Numbered from the stretch's first letter, positions 48,226 through 59,598 are shown. The stretch is DNA of 64,000 bases from Desulfatiglandales bacterium (GCA_963667015.2 CAXXJJ010000004.1:192001-256000), one strand, 5' to 3'. The notes: generated from the letters alone by a model not told the origin. A program made the numbers and translations.

Positions 48226-49650
48226 CTAAATGTCTGTTGATAGGGAAGTCCACCCACCGCCAAGGGCCTTGTAAAGGGTAATATAATTGATACTGATCTG
48301 TCCTTCACTCTGGGTTACCTGATCCTGTATGGAAAGGAGTGTCCGCTGAGCATCCAGGAGGACCTGAAAATCAACAAGACCCGATGAATATCTCATCCTG
48401 GCAAGTTCATAGGAGCGCCGGGCGGCATCACTTGCCTTTACCAGGGATTCATTTTTTACCTGCTGATAGAAGCATGATGAAAGGGCGTTTTCAACCTCTT
48501 CCACTGCTGATAGTAAAAGGGATTTATACTGAACAAGCAACTGCTCAGCAGCAGTTGACTGGATTTCTATGTTCTTTTTTATTGCCCCGGCCCGGAATAC
48601 CGGCCATGATATAGAGGGGCCTATACTGCGTGAAATACTGTCACTGTCTGTCAGCGAGCTCAATGATGATGAGCTTGCTCTCAATGAACCTGAAAGCGTT
48701 ATAGACGGATACTGGTCGGATACTGCAACCCCTATCCTGGCTGTCTGCGCAGCAAGATCTCTTTCCGCTTTTCTCAGGTCCGGCCGCTGTCTGAGGAGGT
48801 CCGCAGGAATCCCTGTCTTTATCTTATTCTGAATTACAGGAACCGACTTTACCGGACTTAGCTCCTCTTTCAGTTCCCCTGGATTGCAGCCAAGAAGAAC
48901 AGCTATTCTGTTTTCTGCCTTGTCAATGTTCAAAAGAATACTTGGAACCTGTGAACGCGTCTGTTCAAGCGAATATTCGGAACTCTTGAGATCAAGTTCA
49001 GTCACCAGCCCGGCCTCGTAACGCCATGCCACTATTTCATGAGTCTCCTCCTGGGCCTTAAGGTTCGATCGCGTATTATCCAGTTGTGCCTGATAAAGCC
49101 TGAGCTGGACATAATTGGTGGCCACCTCTGAAGCCAGGGAAATAGTAACATCCTTAAGGGATTCCTTTGAGGATTCTACATCCGCATCATATGCTTCCAG
49201 GGTTCTTCTTATTCCCCCGAATAGATCTATTTCCCAGCTTGCATCAAATCCCGCCTGATAAATGGTGTTGCTCATTCCTGCTGAGTGACTCTTTGTAACA
49301 GACGCCGAGGAAGAAACAGAAGGGTATTTATCAGCCTCGCTTATGCCTCTTCGGATCCTTGTTTCCTTTAAGCGGAGTACCGCTTCCTCAACGCTCAGGT
49401 TGCCTGTAACAGCCCTGTTTATGAGTCCTGTGAGCATGGGATCGTTAAAGGATTCCCACCATTTTGCCAGATTATTTTCGTCCTCTTCGGTTGATATGTT
49501 TTCCGGCTTAACCGATTGCCATTTGTCCGGGGCTGCCATTTCAGGAGCTTTATAATCAGGCCCGACCGTGATACATGATGAAAATGAAAGAATAATGAGC
49601 GGCAGCAGCAATCTCACCCCTTTTATTACTCTTTCTGTCTTTAGTTCCAT
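48226..49650 (-). CDS. Outer membrane efflux lipoprotein (NodT/OprM family)
   Basis: FSSCITVGPDY lipobox, WEIDLFG, LLRQRPD, LYKALGGGW. Confidence 0.93.
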   Translation of the reverse strand: MELKTERVIKGVRLLLPLIILSFSSCITVGPDYKAPEMAAPDKWQSVKPENISTEEDENNLAKWWESFNDPMLTGLINRAVTGNLSVEEAVLRLKETRIRRGISEADKYPSVSSSASVTKSHSAGMSNTIYQAGFDASWEIDLFGGIRRTLEAYDADVESSKESLKDVTISLASEVATNYVQLRLYQAQLDNTRSNLKAQEETHEIVAWRYEAGLVTELDLKSSEYSLEQTRSQVPSILLNIDKAENRIAVLLGCNPGELKEELSPVKSVPVIQNKIKTGIPADLLRQRPDLRKAERDLAAQTARIGVAVSDQYPSITLSGSLRASSSSLSSLTDSDSISRSIGPSISWPVFRAGAIKKNIEIQSTAAEQLLVQYKSLLLSAVEEVENALSSCFYQQVKNESLVKASDAARRSYELARMRYSSGLVDFQVLLDAQRTLLSIQDQVTQSEGQISINYITLYKALGGGWTSLSTDI

Positions 49651-49728
49651 TTCCTGTTCCCTTTCTTTTATCAAATTTGAGAATAATCATATCCTAATAT
49701 GAAAAAGTAAAATGTTTTTTTACAAAAG

Positions 49729-49773
49729 GTAAAAGAGTGTAAATGTAATGTAAAAAAATGTAAAAAATGTAAC
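49729..49773. promoter_or_regulatory. Phased GTAAA repeats (CpxR/OmpR-family-like boxes)
   Basis: GTAAA at 49729, 49739, 49750, 49760 and GTAAC at 49769, upstream of the efflux operon. Confidence 0.55.
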
Positions 49774-49855
49774 ATTTTAAGTATTACTGCGACTTTAATA
49801 AACTTTAGCTGTATTTGATATAACTATTCAGTAAATTTAAAATAATAGCTATAGT

Positions 49856-50302
49856 TTATGAAACTGTTATAAAATCAACTGATTCTTTTAGTATATTTTT
49901 CAATTTAATGATACCAGGATTTTTTTTGCTAAAAAACAAATGAGAAGGGCATGCGCAGTCAGATGAGCCGAACCCATTGACAGGTGATGACAGATCAGGG
50001 GCATAATTAAACCTTGACGCCCAGTTACACTCCTTTTTATCATTATCACTGCTGAAAAGAACTGCTATCGCAGAGCCTTTATCCATAAGATAGTCAATAT
50101 GCCAGTGTCTTGACTTGTCCTTTCTTAAATGCCTTTTTATCCTTGACCTTAAACCACCCGGTCCATGAGCACTTCCTACATAAAGGTAGTATCCCTTTTC
50201 AAAGAAAAAATATCCCATTTTACCAATCATGATGTTTTTTGAGTTATTAAGTTCAATTATAATGACATAAGTCCCTGGCCCTGAATAAATTATGTCCATC
50301 AT
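49856..50302 (-). CDS. DUF123 / GIY-YIG (Uri) family nuclease-like protein
   Basis: GTYV, YLYVGSA.G.GG, HWHIDY, GFGSSDC.C.SHL. Confidence 0.85.
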   Translation of the reverse strand: MMDIIYSGPGTYVIIIELNNSKNIMIGKMGYFFFEKGYYLYVGSAHGPGGLRSRIKRHLRKDKSRHWHIDYLMDKGSAIAVLFSSDNDKKECNWASRFNYAPDLSSPVNGFGSSDCACPSHLFFSKKNPGIIKLKNILKESVDFITVS

Positions 50303-51048
50303 TTTTTTAATTCTTTATCTAATATCAGCCTAATGTTTCGTTCAAGTTCAGGGAGAGCCCTGCCGGCCCTCTCTTCAAGCATAAAATCCGAATCGTTAAA
50401 GGCATTTTCAATATTTATCTCAATAATTTTTGCACCATTTCTTTTTGCGAGCACCGGCAGATATGCCGCCGGATACACTACTGCAGATGTGCCTATCAGG
50501 AGCAACACATCACATGATTCTGCCTGCTGCTGGGCCTCTTCCAGCACGCCTTCGGGTAACTGTTCTCCGAATAAAACCGTATCGGGTTTTAAGATACCCC
50601 CGCATGCGCAAAGCGGAACGTCACCAGCCGGTATATCCGGGGCAATATATTCCCTGCGGCAGGATCTGCAGTAGCTCTCTCTAAGGGATCCGTGTATCTC
50701 CAGAATATTTTCTGATCCGGCCTTTCTGTGGAGACCGTCAATATTTTGAGTGATAATACATTTTAAAATACCTTCTTTTTCAAGCCTGGCAAGGGTATTA
50801 TGCCCTTCATTGGGAATGTATTTATCATAATTCCTTATGAATTCACCCCTAATACTCCAGTATTTTGAGGGATCTTTAATAAAGGTATCGAGAGATGCAT
50901 AGACCGTAGGGTCGTAATCATTCCATAATCCTCCCTTTGACCTGAATGTAGGAATTCCGCTTTCGGCAGAGATGCCCGCACCGGTAAGCGCTATACATTT
51001 TTTGCTTCGGGCTATTACTTCTGCTGCTTCCCTGTATATATTATCCAT
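50299..51048 (-). CDS. cobB: NAD-dependent protein deacylase (sirtuin, CobB-like)
   Basis: TGAGISAESGIPTFR, TQNIDGLH, HG + Zn ribbon, GTSAVVYPAA. Confidence 0.9.
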   Translation of the reverse strand: MDNIYREAAEVIARSKKCIALTGAGISAESGIPTFRSKGGLWNDYDPTVYASLDTFIKDPSKYWSIRGEFIRNYDKYIPNEGHNTLARLEKEGILKCIITQNIDGLHRKAGSENILEIHGSLRESYCRSCRREYIAPDIPAGDVPLCACGGILKPDTVLFGEQLPEGVLEEAQQQAESCDVLLLIGTSAVVYPAAYLPVLAKRNGAKIIEINIENAFNDSDFMLEERAGRALPELERNIRLILDKELKK

Positions 51049-51504
51049 TTTAGTATACCTCTTTTTTGTAAATATCTATTCATCAGGGTTATTTTTCCTA
51101 TACCTGTCTAAAAAAAATAAAATATTCTTGATTTTCGTACAATATCCGGTTAATAATCCAAAAAGTATAAAAAAAGAAGAAGATTAATAAAAATATAACC
51201 TTTTTTTGACATCATTTTCTTGATTTATGTAATAAAAAGGGTATAATAAAGTGTTTTTATAAAAACATTACCCTATAGTAAAGATAATTATATATACGGA
51301 ACTTATTGGGCATCAGATTAAGTAAATGAGACAGGGAATGAAAACTCTTTTTGTTACAACATTCTATTTTTTTAAGACTTTTTAACCGCATGAATAGTCA
51401 GCTGTTAATGGCTGCGCGGGTAAAAAGAAAAAATATGAATTAAGGGTTTTCTCCTTCTACCAGATTACTTGTTTTGATGCCTTATTTTTTTATACCTGGG
51501 AAAT

Positions 51505-53415
51505 ATGGGACTAGAAATAAAATTAAAAGATAAAGCGCCTGTTGATGTTGACGCCAACAGCATATCCACTCTTGATGCACTGAAAGAACTGGGTGTGAAA
51601 GGCATGGAAAACATCGTTGCAGTAAAAGTGGATGACCGGTTATATGATCTGTCATGTGAAATTAACTCCAGCGCAACAATCGATCCGGTCAGGATCAATT
51701 CCGCCGAAGGGATTGATATCATGAGGCACAGCACGTCTCATGTAATGGCAATGGCGGTAAAGGAACTCTTCCCGGGTGTAAAGGTTACAATAGGCCCTTC
51801 CATAGAGAACGGCTTTTATTATGATTTTGATTATGAACGCCCTTTTAAAGAAGACGATCTGCCTGCTATTGAAGAAAAGATGAATGAGATCATAAAGCAG
51901 GACCTGCCTTTTGCACGTGAGGAATTATCAAGCTCTGAGGCAATAGAGTTATTCGGTAAACAGGGTGAAAATTATAAGGTTGAAATCATAGAAGATCTGG
52001 GCGCTGAAAATGTGTCTCTTTATACCCAGGGCAGTTTTTCAGATCTGTGCCGCGGGCCTCATATACCCTCTACCGGCAGGATAAAGGCATTTAAGCTTAC
52101 AAAGGTAGCAGGGGCTTACTGGCGCGGCGATGAAAAGAGGGCGATGCTGAGTCGTATTTATGGTGTGGCCTTTTCCGATAACAAGGAGCTTCGTTCCTAC
52201 CTCCAGAAGCTTGAGGAGGCGAAAAAGAGGGATCATGTAAAGCTAGGGAAACAGCTTGATCTGTTCAGTACCCACGAAGAGATAGGCGCGGGCATGATTG
52301 TATGGCATCCAAAAGGATACATGTTAAGGCACCTGATTGAACAGTATGAAATCAACGAGCATTTCAAGCGCGGATACGATATGGTCAAGGGACCGGAGAT
52401 ACTCAAGACCGATCTATGGCAAAAATCGGGTCACTTTGATAATTACCGCGAAAACATGTATTTCACCGAGATAGATAATCAGTCATATGGTATAAAACCA
52501 ATGAATTGTCTTTCTCACATGCTCATATATAAATCAAAACTCAGAAGTTATCGTGATCTTCCAATCAGATATTTCGAGCTTGGCCTGGTTCACAGGCACG
52601 AACGTTCCGGTGTTTTACACGGGCTCTCCAGGGTTCGAGAATTCACACAGGATGACGCACATATTCTCTGTACTCCCGAGCAGTTAGGTGAAGAGATTAA
52701 AGGAGTGCTTACGTTCGTAAAAGATGTCATGGGTATCTTTAATTTTGAATATGAGCTTGAAATCAGCACAAGGCCCGAAAAGTCAATAGGATCCGATGAG
52801 GACTGGGAAAGGGCAACCAGTTCACTCATTAACGCAATGGAGGATCTTTCACTTAAATATGATATCAATGAGGGTGACGGCGCATTTTACGGCCCTAAGA
52901 TTGATATAAAATTAAGAGATGCCCTTGACAGAAGCTGGCAGTGTGCCACCGTACAGTGTGATTTTACACTTCCTGACAGGTTCGATCTATCTTTTATTGA
53001 CCAGGAAGGGCAAAAACAGCGACCCGTAATGATTCATCGTGTCATTCTGGGGTCTATTGAAAGGTTTATAGGGATTTTAATTGAACATTATGCCGGTGCG
53101 TTTCCGCTCTGGATAGCTCCGGTTCAGGCTCGTATACTTACTGTTACCGAACGTAATGATGAGCATGCTGAATACCTGTTAAAATCCCTTAAAGAGGCAG
53201 GATTTCGCGCAGAAGCGGATCTCAGAAACGAGAAGCTTGGTTTAAAGGTAAGAGAAGCTCAGCTTCAGAAGATTCCCTATATGCTTGTTATAGGAGACAG
53301 GGAAGCAGAGCAGGGCGGCGTTACCCCCCGGTTGAGAAACGGGAAAAACCTTGCCTTTATGAGCACTGATGAGATTATTCAACATTTAAAAGAAGAAGAA
53401 AGACAAAGGAGGTAG
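51505..53415 (+). CDS. thrS: Threonine--tRNA ligase
   Basis: [37 protein letters not shown]. Confidence 0.98.
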   Translation: MGLEIKLKDKAPVDVDANSISTLDALKELGVKGMENIVAVKVDDRLYDLSCEINSSATIDPVRINSAEGIDIMRHSTSHVMAMAVKELFPGVKVTIGPSIENGFYYDFDYERPFKEDDLPAIEEKMNEIIKQDLPFAREELSSSEAIELFGKQGENYKVEIIEDLGAENVSLYTQGSFSDLCRGPHIPSTGRIKAFKLTKVAGAYWRGDEKRAMLSRIYGVAFSDNKELRSYLQKLEEAKKRDHVKLGKQLDLFSTHEEIGAGMIVWHPKGYMLRHLIEQYEINEHFKRGYDMVKGPEILKTDLWQKSGHFDNYRENMYFTEIDNQSYGIKPMNCLSHMLIYKSKLRSYRDLPIRYFELGLVHRHERSGVLHGLSRVREFTQDDAHILCTPEQLGEEIKGVLTFVKDVMGIFNFEYELEISTRPEKSIGSDEDWERATSSLINAMEDLSLKYDINEGDGAFYGPKIDIKLRDALDRSWQCATVQCDFTLPDRFDLSFIDQEGQKQRPVMIHRVILGSIERFIGILIEHYAGAFPLWIAPVQARILTVTERNDEHAEYLLKSLKEAGFRAEADLRNEKLGLKVREAQLQKIPYMLVIGDREAEQGGVTPRLRNGKNLAFMSTDEIIQHLKEEERQRR

Positions 53416-53420
53416 TAGCT

Positions 53421-53936
53421 ATAGCAAATAAAGTTGATGATATCAGGGTAAATGAAATGATCCGGGCAAGTCAGGTAAGGCTGATTTCAAGTACTGGAGA
53501 CCAGCTTGGAATAATGTCCACGAAGGATGCATTCGATATTGCCAGCAAGGATGGCCTTGATCTTGTAGAAGTAGCACCAAACGCTGATCCACCTGTCTGC
53601 AGGATAATGGATTACGGAAAATACAAATATCAGACCAGTAAAAAAGACCAGGAAGCCAGAAAGAAAACAAAGGCTTTCCAGTTAAAAGAGATCAAGTTCA
53701 GACCCCATACTGATGAGCATGATTTAAATTATAAGATCAGGAATCTTATCAAGTTCCTTGAGAAAAAGAACAGGGTAAAGCTCACAGTAATGTACAGAGG
53801 GCGGGAGTATGCCTACCAGGAAGCCGGTATAGAGCTTCTTAACAAGGTCGCCGAAGAAGTACAGGAATATGGATCAATTGAACAGGAAGCGAAGAGGGAA
53901 GGCCGTAACGCAACCATGGTTATCGTGCCAAAGTAA
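53421..53936 (+). CDS. infC: Translation initiation factor IF-3 (non-canonical ATA start)
   Basis: SD AGGAGG at 53407-53412, then in-frame ATA 53421 giving (M)ANKVDDIRVNEMIRA; PPVCRIMDYGKYKY. Confidence 0.95.
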   Translation: MANKVDDIRVNEMIRASQVRLISSTGDQLGIMSTKDAFDIASKDGLDLVEVAPNADPPVCRIMDYGKYKYQTSKKDQEARKKTKAFQLKEIKFRPHTDEHDLNYKIRNLIKFLEKKNRVKLTVMYRGREYAYQEAGIELLNKVAEEVQEYGSIEQEAKREGRNATMVIVPK

Positions 53937-54154
53937 TTATTTTATTGTATTAGTTTTAAATACTTCTAACTACCTGTTAATACTTTGAATAATATTTGTA
54001 TCAGGGGGCGAAGACTGGTCATCTCTGCTTTATTTTAATAAAATCCTTTGACTTTTTAGGTATATTTTATTATGCCGGCCCGACAGGAAAAATATTGTTA
54101 ACAATTTCTATCGGATAAGGCTATCACAGATTACGTATATAGGGAGGTTTCTAA

Positions 54155-54352
54155 ATGCCGAAATTAAAGACAAACCGTGGTGCAGCAAAGAGATTTAACA
54201 CCACCGGTTCAGGTAAAATTAAAAGGAACAAGGCATATGCCAGTCATATTCTCACAAAAAAGACCACAAAGCAGAAAAGGAATTTGAGAAAAGCCGGGCT
54301 GGTTGATGCAAGTGACGCAAAGAGAATAAAAAGACTTATTCCTTTTAAATAG
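54155..54352 (+). CDS. rpmI: 50S ribosomal protein L35
   Basis: [20 protein letters not shown]. Confidence 0.98.
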   Translation: MPKLKTNRGAAKRFNTTGSGKIKRNKAYASHILTKKTTKQKRNLRKAGLVDASDAKRIKRLIPFK

Positions 54353-54444
54353 CAATATTACATAATTTTAAATTACTATATAGTATTTGTAATATATTAA
54401 TATAATAACATAATTGTTTAGTAAAACAGGAAGAGGATCATCAA

Positions 54445-54792
54445 ATGCCAAGAGTAAAAAGAGGTTTTAAGGCAAGGCGCCGGAGAAATAAGGTTCTTAA
54501 GGCTGCAAAAGGGTACAGGGGTGGTCACAGCAAGCTGTTCAGAACAGCGGCTGTTACAGTGGATCGTGCAAGACAGTATGCATACCGCGACCGCAGAACT
54601 AAAAAACGTGAGTTCAGAAAATTGTGGATCATCCGCATTAATGCGGCCGCAAGAGAAAACGGGCTTTCCTACAGTGCATTTATTGGCGGCCTTGCAAAGG
54701 CCGGGATAGACCTGGACAGAAAGGTACTTTCTGATATGGCCATATATGACCCCGCAGGTTTTTCAAAAATCGCTGAAATGGTGAAACAGTAA
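54445..54792 (+). CDS. rplT: 50S ribosomal protein L20
   Basis: [27 protein letters not shown]. Confidence 0.98.
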   Translation: MPRVKRGFKARRRRNKVLKAAKGYRGGHSKLFRTAAVTVDRARQYAYRDRRTKKREFRKLWIIRINAAARENGLSYSAFIGGLAKAGIDLDRKVLSDMAIYDPAGFSKIAEMVKQ

Positions 54793-54865
54793 CCATTTAA
54801 GAACATTTACTTCTATTACATCCTATTAGGCCCGTTTGGTAACTCAAATCGGGCCTAAAAATATT

Positions 54866-55879
54866 ATGATCATGAAAGAAAAATTACTGGAAATAAGAGA
54901 CCGGGCACTCAGCGAGTTGGACTCTATAAAACATCTCGATGCCCTTGAAAAATTCAGGATTGAATACCTTGGAAAGAAGGGACAGATCACGTCCCTAATG
55001 AAACAGCTGGGCACACTTACCAAGGAAGAGAGACCTGCATTTGGAAAACTTGCAAATGAAGTCAAAAATGAAATTGTAGGTTTTCTGGAAAAGGCGCTGG
55101 ACAGTTTAAAAGGGAAGGAAACCGGTCAAGAAGAAGTCATTGACATCACTCTGCCCGGAAGAGCCCCGTCACGGGGACATCTTCACCCGATAAACCAGGT
55201 AAACAGCGAGATATGCCGTATACTTGTGAAAATGGGATACAGTATAGTCAAGGGCCCTAACATTGAGCTTGACTATTATAATTTTGAGGCCCTCAATTTT
55301 CCCAAGGATCACCCTGCAAGGGATATGCAGGATACCTTTTATGTGTCTGAAAATACTGTATTGAGGACACATACATCTCCAATGCAGGTCAGGGTAATGG
55401 AAAAACAGAAACCGCCTGTAAGCATTATAGCCCCCGGTAAGGTGTACAGGAGCGATTCTGATGTATCTCATACCCCGATGTTTCATCAGGTCGAGGGCCT
55501 GCTTGTTGATAAGGGTGTGACATTCGGTGATCTTAAGGGAACCTTGACCAGCTTTGTGCACCAGATGTTTGGTTCAGATATCAAGCTGAGGTTCAGGCCG
55601 AGCTTTTTCCCGTTTACCGAACCAAGTGCCGAGGTTGATATACAGTGTGTTATATGCCGCGGAAAAGGTTGCAGGACATGCTCCAATTCAGGGTGGCAGG
55701 AAATCCTCGGTTCCGGTATGGTTGACCCCGGAGTGTATGGATTTGTGGATTACGACCCTGAGGTATATTCAGGTTTCGCATTCGGGCTGGGAATAGAAAG
55801 AATAACCATGCTCAAATACGGCATTGACGATATCCAGCTTCTTTTCAAGCATGATATGCGTTTCCTGAAACAATTTTAA
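54866..55879 (+). CDS. pheS: Phenylalanine--tRNA ligase alpha subunit
   Basis: HPARDMQDTF, LRTHTSP, FPFTEPS, GFAFGLG; exact start uncertain (54866 or 54872). Confidence 0.98.
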   Translation: MIMKEKLLEIRDRALSELDSIKHLDALEKFRIEYLGKKGQITSLMKQLGTLTKEERPAFGKLANEVKNEIVGFLEKALDSLKGKETGQEEVIDITLPGRAPSRGHLHPINQVNSEICRILVKMGYSIVKGPNIELDYYNFEALNFPKDHPARDMQDTFYVSENTVLRTHTSPMQVRVMEKQKPPVSIIAPGKVYRSDSDVSHTPMFHQVEGLLVDKGVTFGDLKGTLTSFVHQMFGSDIKLRFRPSFFPFTEPSAEVDIQCVICRGKGCRTCSNSGWQEILGSGMVDPGVYGFVDYDPEVYSGFAFGLGIERITMLKYGIDDIQLLFKHDMRFLKQF

Positions 55880-55905
55880 TAAGTTAACAATACTGAGTCT
55901 AGCAA

Positions 55906-58323
55906 ATGAAACTAAGTTTAAACTGGCTTAAAGAATATGTAGATATTGATATTGCACCACAGGAGCTGTCCCATATACTCACAATGGCCGGCCTTGAAGT
56001 TGAGGAGCTTGAAAGGGTAGGGGATGTTCCTGATGAGGTTATTGTTGCAAAGGTTCTGTCTGTCAGAAAGCATCCCAATGCAGACAGGTTAACTCTCTGT
56101 GATGTTGATACCGGGAGTTCAATTGTGCAGGTGGTGTGCGGAGCCCCCAATGTAAGAGAAGGCATACTCGCTCCCATGGCCCTTCCCGGTGCAAAATTCA
56201 GAAATGGTCTTACCATAAAAGCGGGCAAGCTCAGGGGCGAGTTATCCGGCGGAATGCTCTGTGCCGAAGATGAACTTGGTCTTACAGACGACCACAGGGG
56301 GATCATGATTCTCCCTGAAGATCTTGAAATAGGTACAAGGTTAAAGGATTCCCTCAACCTTGAGGACTGGTCACTTGATATAAGCCTTACTCCAAACAGA
56401 TCCGACTGTGCTTCGGTTATAGGTATTGCACGGGAAGTGGCTGCCCTGACCGGGAAGAAGCTTCAGCTTCCTGATGTTCAATACAGTGAAGAAGGAGCTC
56501 CTGTTGCTGAAGAGACCAGCGTTGAAGTAAAAGATCCAAAGGGATGTCCCAGATACGCAGCCGGAATGATAAAGGGGGTAACCCTTGAAACCTCACCATT
56601 CTGGATGCGGTACAGGCTTCACGTTTCTGGCACCAGGAGCAAAAACAACATTGTAGATATCTCAAACTATGTTCTGCTGGAAACAGGCCAGCCTCTTCAT
56701 ACATTTGATTATGACCAGTTGAATGAAAACAGGATAGTTGTTGCCAGGGCGAATGAAGGAGAAAAATTCTTTACCCTTGACGGGCAGGAACGCACACTTA
56801 ATAAAGAACATCTTATGATATGCGACGGGAAAAAGCCAGTTGGTGTTGCAGGAATAATGGGAGGTTTAAACAGCGAAATCTCCGATAACACGACCAACAT
56901 CCTTATTGAAAGCGCATTTTTCAATCCTGTTACAATAAGAAGAGGCGCCAAATCCCTTGGTATTTCAAGTGAGGCATCCTACAGATTTGAAAGGGGTGTT
57001 GATATTGAAGGAGTTATATATGCCCTTAAAAGAGCCCTGAGCCTTTGCCTTGAGCTCGGCGGCGGGACAGTAAATAAAGGCATTATAGATGTATACCCTG
57101 AGCCTTATTCATCGCCTGTTATCGATCTGAGGATTGCTAAGACTAATGAGTTTCTGGGTGCATCAATAACAAAACAGGAAATGGTGTCATTCCTTGAGGC
57201 CCTGCGAATGGATGTCAGCGAAAAGGATGCGGATACCCTTAAGGTAATACCTCCCACTTACAGGGTTGACATCGAAAGGGAAATTGACCTTGTGGAAGAG
57301 GTAGCCAGGATGTACGGCTACGACAATATCGCAGAAACATATCCTGCGATAAGACCTACCGATAAGGCGGAGATGCCTGTGCTGGGACTGCATGACAGGG
57401 TATGCGATATCCTTACCGGTACAGGATTCAGCGAAATAATTACCTTCAGCTTTGTATCACCCGAGTCAGCCGACCTGCTTAACGCAGGAGAAAACAGCAC
57501 CATAAGATCATTTGTAAGCCTGATGAATCCTCTTACAACCGAGCAGTCGGTTATGAGAACATCCCTTTTACCGGGCCTGTTCACATCAATAAAAGAAAAC
57601 GTTGCCCACGGCGAACCGAACCTGAAGCTCTTTGAATGGGGCAAGATATATATCCGTGATGATTCAGCAGAACTGCCCGTTGAAAGGGTGACACTGGCCG
57701 GGATCATGTGCGGTAACTACTCTGCAAAAAAATGGCATAATGATGCAAGGCCAATCGATTTTTACGATATAAAAGGTGTTATTGAGGTACTCTTCGATTC
57801 TCTTGGATTATCAGGATGTACATTCGAACGAAAAGAGATAAGCGAGGTATATGATAAAAATGCCTCCTGTAATTTCTGTCATGGAGATATCATCTTAGGC
57901 AGTCTGGGAAAAATCAGCAGTGATGTTCAGGATAAAAATGAGATAAAGTCAAATTCGCTGTATGCCTTTGAAATCGATGTGGAGAAATTGCTTGAAGCAA
58001 TCTCATTAAACACATTCGAATTCAGATCATTCGGGAAATATCCCGCTGTTTTCAGGGACATATCAATAATTGTTGATAAAAAAGTTGAAAGTATGCCGAT
58101 TAAGAGTATAATTCACAGGGTTGGCGGTAATCTGGTCGATTCAGTCGAATTATTCTCGATATTTGAGGGTGAAAAACTGGGGTCAGATAAAAAAGCTCTC
58201 AGCTACAGGATATGTTACAGATCAAAAGAAGAAACTCTTGATGGTGAGCTTATCAACCGTCTTCATGAAAAGGTGATTAACAGTATAAGAGAAGAAACAG
58301 GTGGAACTCTAAGCGAGGGTTGA
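55906..58323 (+). CDS. pheT: Phenylalanine--tRNA ligase beta subunit
   Basis: HPNADRL, CGAPNV, TPNRSD, RFERG, DLVEEVAR. Confidence 0.98.
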   Translation: MKLSLNWLKEYVDIDIAPQELSHILTMAGLEVEELERVGDVPDEVIVAKVLSVRKHPNADRLTLCDVDTGSSIVQVVCGAPNVREGILAPMALPGAKFRNGLTIKAGKLRGELSGGMLCAEDELGLTDDHRGIMILPEDLEIGTRLKDSLNLEDWSLDISLTPNRSDCASVIGIAREVAALTGKKLQLPDVQYSEEGAPVAEETSVEVKDPKGCPRYAAGMIKGVTLETSPFWMRYRLHVSGTRSKNNIVDISNYVLLETGQPLHTFDYDQLNENRIVVARANEGEKFFTLDGQERTLNKEHLMICDGKKPVGVAGIMGGLNSEISDNTTNILIESAFFNPVTIRRGAKSLGISSEASYRFERGVDIEGVIYALKRALSLCLELGGGTVNKGIIDVYPEPYSSPVIDLRIAKTNEFLGASITKQEMVSFLEALRMDVSEKDADTLKVIPPTYRVDIEREIDLVEEVARMYGYDNIAETYPAIRPTDKAEMPVLGLHDRVCDILTGTGFSEIITFSFVSPESADLLNAGENSTIRSFVSLMNPLTTEQSVMRTSLLPGLFTSIKENVAHGEPNLKLFEWGKIYIRDDSAELPVERVTLAGIMCGNYSAKKWHNDARPIDFYDIKGVIEVLFDSLGLSGCTFERKEISEVYDKNASCNFCHGDIILGSLGKISSDVQDKNEIKSNSLYAFEIDVEKLLEAISLNTFEFRSFGKYPAVFRDISIIVDKKVESMPIKSIIHRVGGNLVDSVELFSIFEGEKLGSDKKALSYRICYRSKEETLDGELINRLHEKVINSIREETGGTLSEG

Positions 58324-58658
58324 CATATATGAAGATTCCTGAAGATAAGCGCTATTTTCGCATTGGTGAAGTAAGTCGCATTATCGGGGTTGAACCATAT
58401 GTACTCAGGTACTGGGAAAGCGAATTTCCCCAGATAAGGCCTTCCAGGGCCGATTCAAAACAGAGAACCTATCAGAAAAAAGATCTTGAACTCATAAAGG
58501 AGATTAAGCGTCTCCTTTATGAGGAAAAGCTCACCCTTGAAGGCGCCAGAAAAAGACTCAAGTCACGCACATCAAAATCAGAACCAGCCAAGCCTGCAGA
58601 TATTATCAATGAGATTAAGCAAGAACTGTACAGTATTGCAGATCTTTTAAGTGATTAA
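58320..58658 (+). CDS. MerR-family transcriptional regulator
   Basis: YFRIGEVS..VLRYWESEF HTH; usual position after pheT(-ihfA). Confidence 0.92.
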   Translation: MTYMKIPEDKRYFRIGEVSRIIGVEPYVLRYWESEFPQIRPSRADSKQRTYQKKDLELIKEIKRLLYEEKLTLEGARKRLKSRTSKSEPAKPADIINEIKQELYSIADLLSD

Positions 58659-58669
58659 ATGCAGATATC

Positions 58670-59593
58670 ATGAAAGGACTCGAACTCAGCCGCAGATACT
58701 ATGAAGAGATATGCAGGCCCGCAGTTGAAAAATCCTTAAAGGAACATCTGAACAAAATGGCATTTGGCCTGGTTGGCGACGGGTCCGAATGCTATGGTTT
58801 TGATGATGAAATATCACAGGATCACGATTTTGGCCCACGTGTAATGATATGGCTTACACCAGATGATTTTACTGTATTTGGTGCAGATCTTCAGGACCTG
58901 CTTTCAAAACTTCCCAGACAATTCCTTGGATATGACGGGGTAAATACCAGCAGGTATGGTGATGGTCGTGAAGGTGTATTTATAATATCTGCATTTTATA
59001 AAAGATTTACTAACCTTGGTCACCCCCCTTCAACAACTAATGAATGGAGGCTGATTCCTGAAGTCAACCTGTCCCTTGCAACCAACGGGGAAGTATTTAC
59101 TGATTCTGTTGGGGAATTCACCCGATACCGGAATCTCTTACTTGCCGGATATCCTGAAGACCTGCGGCTTAAAATGATGGCTGCAAGGTGCATGAAAATA
59201 GCGCAGTCAGGACAGTATAACTATGCACGCAGCATGAAGAGAAAGGAATCTGTGGCCGCCCTGGCGGCGCTGGCTGAATTCACGGACGCTGCCATATCCA
59301 TGATCTATTTAATGAATAAAAGGTATAAGCCCTTCTACAAATGGATGCACAGGGGATTAAAGGATCTTCCTATACTTGGAAAGGAAACTTATCTTTTATT
59401 CGAAACACTTTCAAAATCAACCCGGGTTTATGATAATATAGATACAATCGAAGCTGTATGCAGCCTGATTATACATAAACTGAGAGAAGAGGGGCTCAGC
59501 GATTCAAAATCGGATTTCCTGCTGGATCATGGTCCACAGATACAGAAAAGAATAAAAGATGAAAACTTGAGGAATATGGTGCCATGGGGGTAG
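58670..59593 (+). CDS. DUF4037-domain protein, nucleotidyltransferase-like N-terminus
   Basis: GLVGDGSECYGFDDEISQDHDFGP; NGEVFTD; PFYKW. Confidence 0.8.
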   Translation: MKGLELSRRYYEEICRPAVEKSLKEHLNKMAFGLVGDGSECYGFDDEISQDHDFGPRVMIWLTPDDFTVFGADLQDLLSKLPRQFLGYDGVNTSRYGDGREGVFIISAFYKRFTNLGHPPSTTNEWRLIPEVNLSLATNGEVFTDSVGEFTRYRNLLLAGYPEDLRLKMMAARCMKIAQSGQYNYARSMKRKESVAALAALAEFTDAAISMIYLMNKRYKPFYKWMHRGLKDLPILGKETYLLFETLSKSTRVYDNIDTIEAVCSLIIHKLREEGLSDSKSDFLLDHGPQIQKRIKDENLRNMVPWG

Positions 59594-59598
59594 ATAAT

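Noticed and set aside
49856..51048. Sir2 + GIY-YIG pair as an anti-phage system
   Set aside because: The sirtuin is a standard Zn-ribbon CobB-like deacylase, not a ThsA/DSR-type NADase. DUF123 is a small widespread family, and there is no island context.
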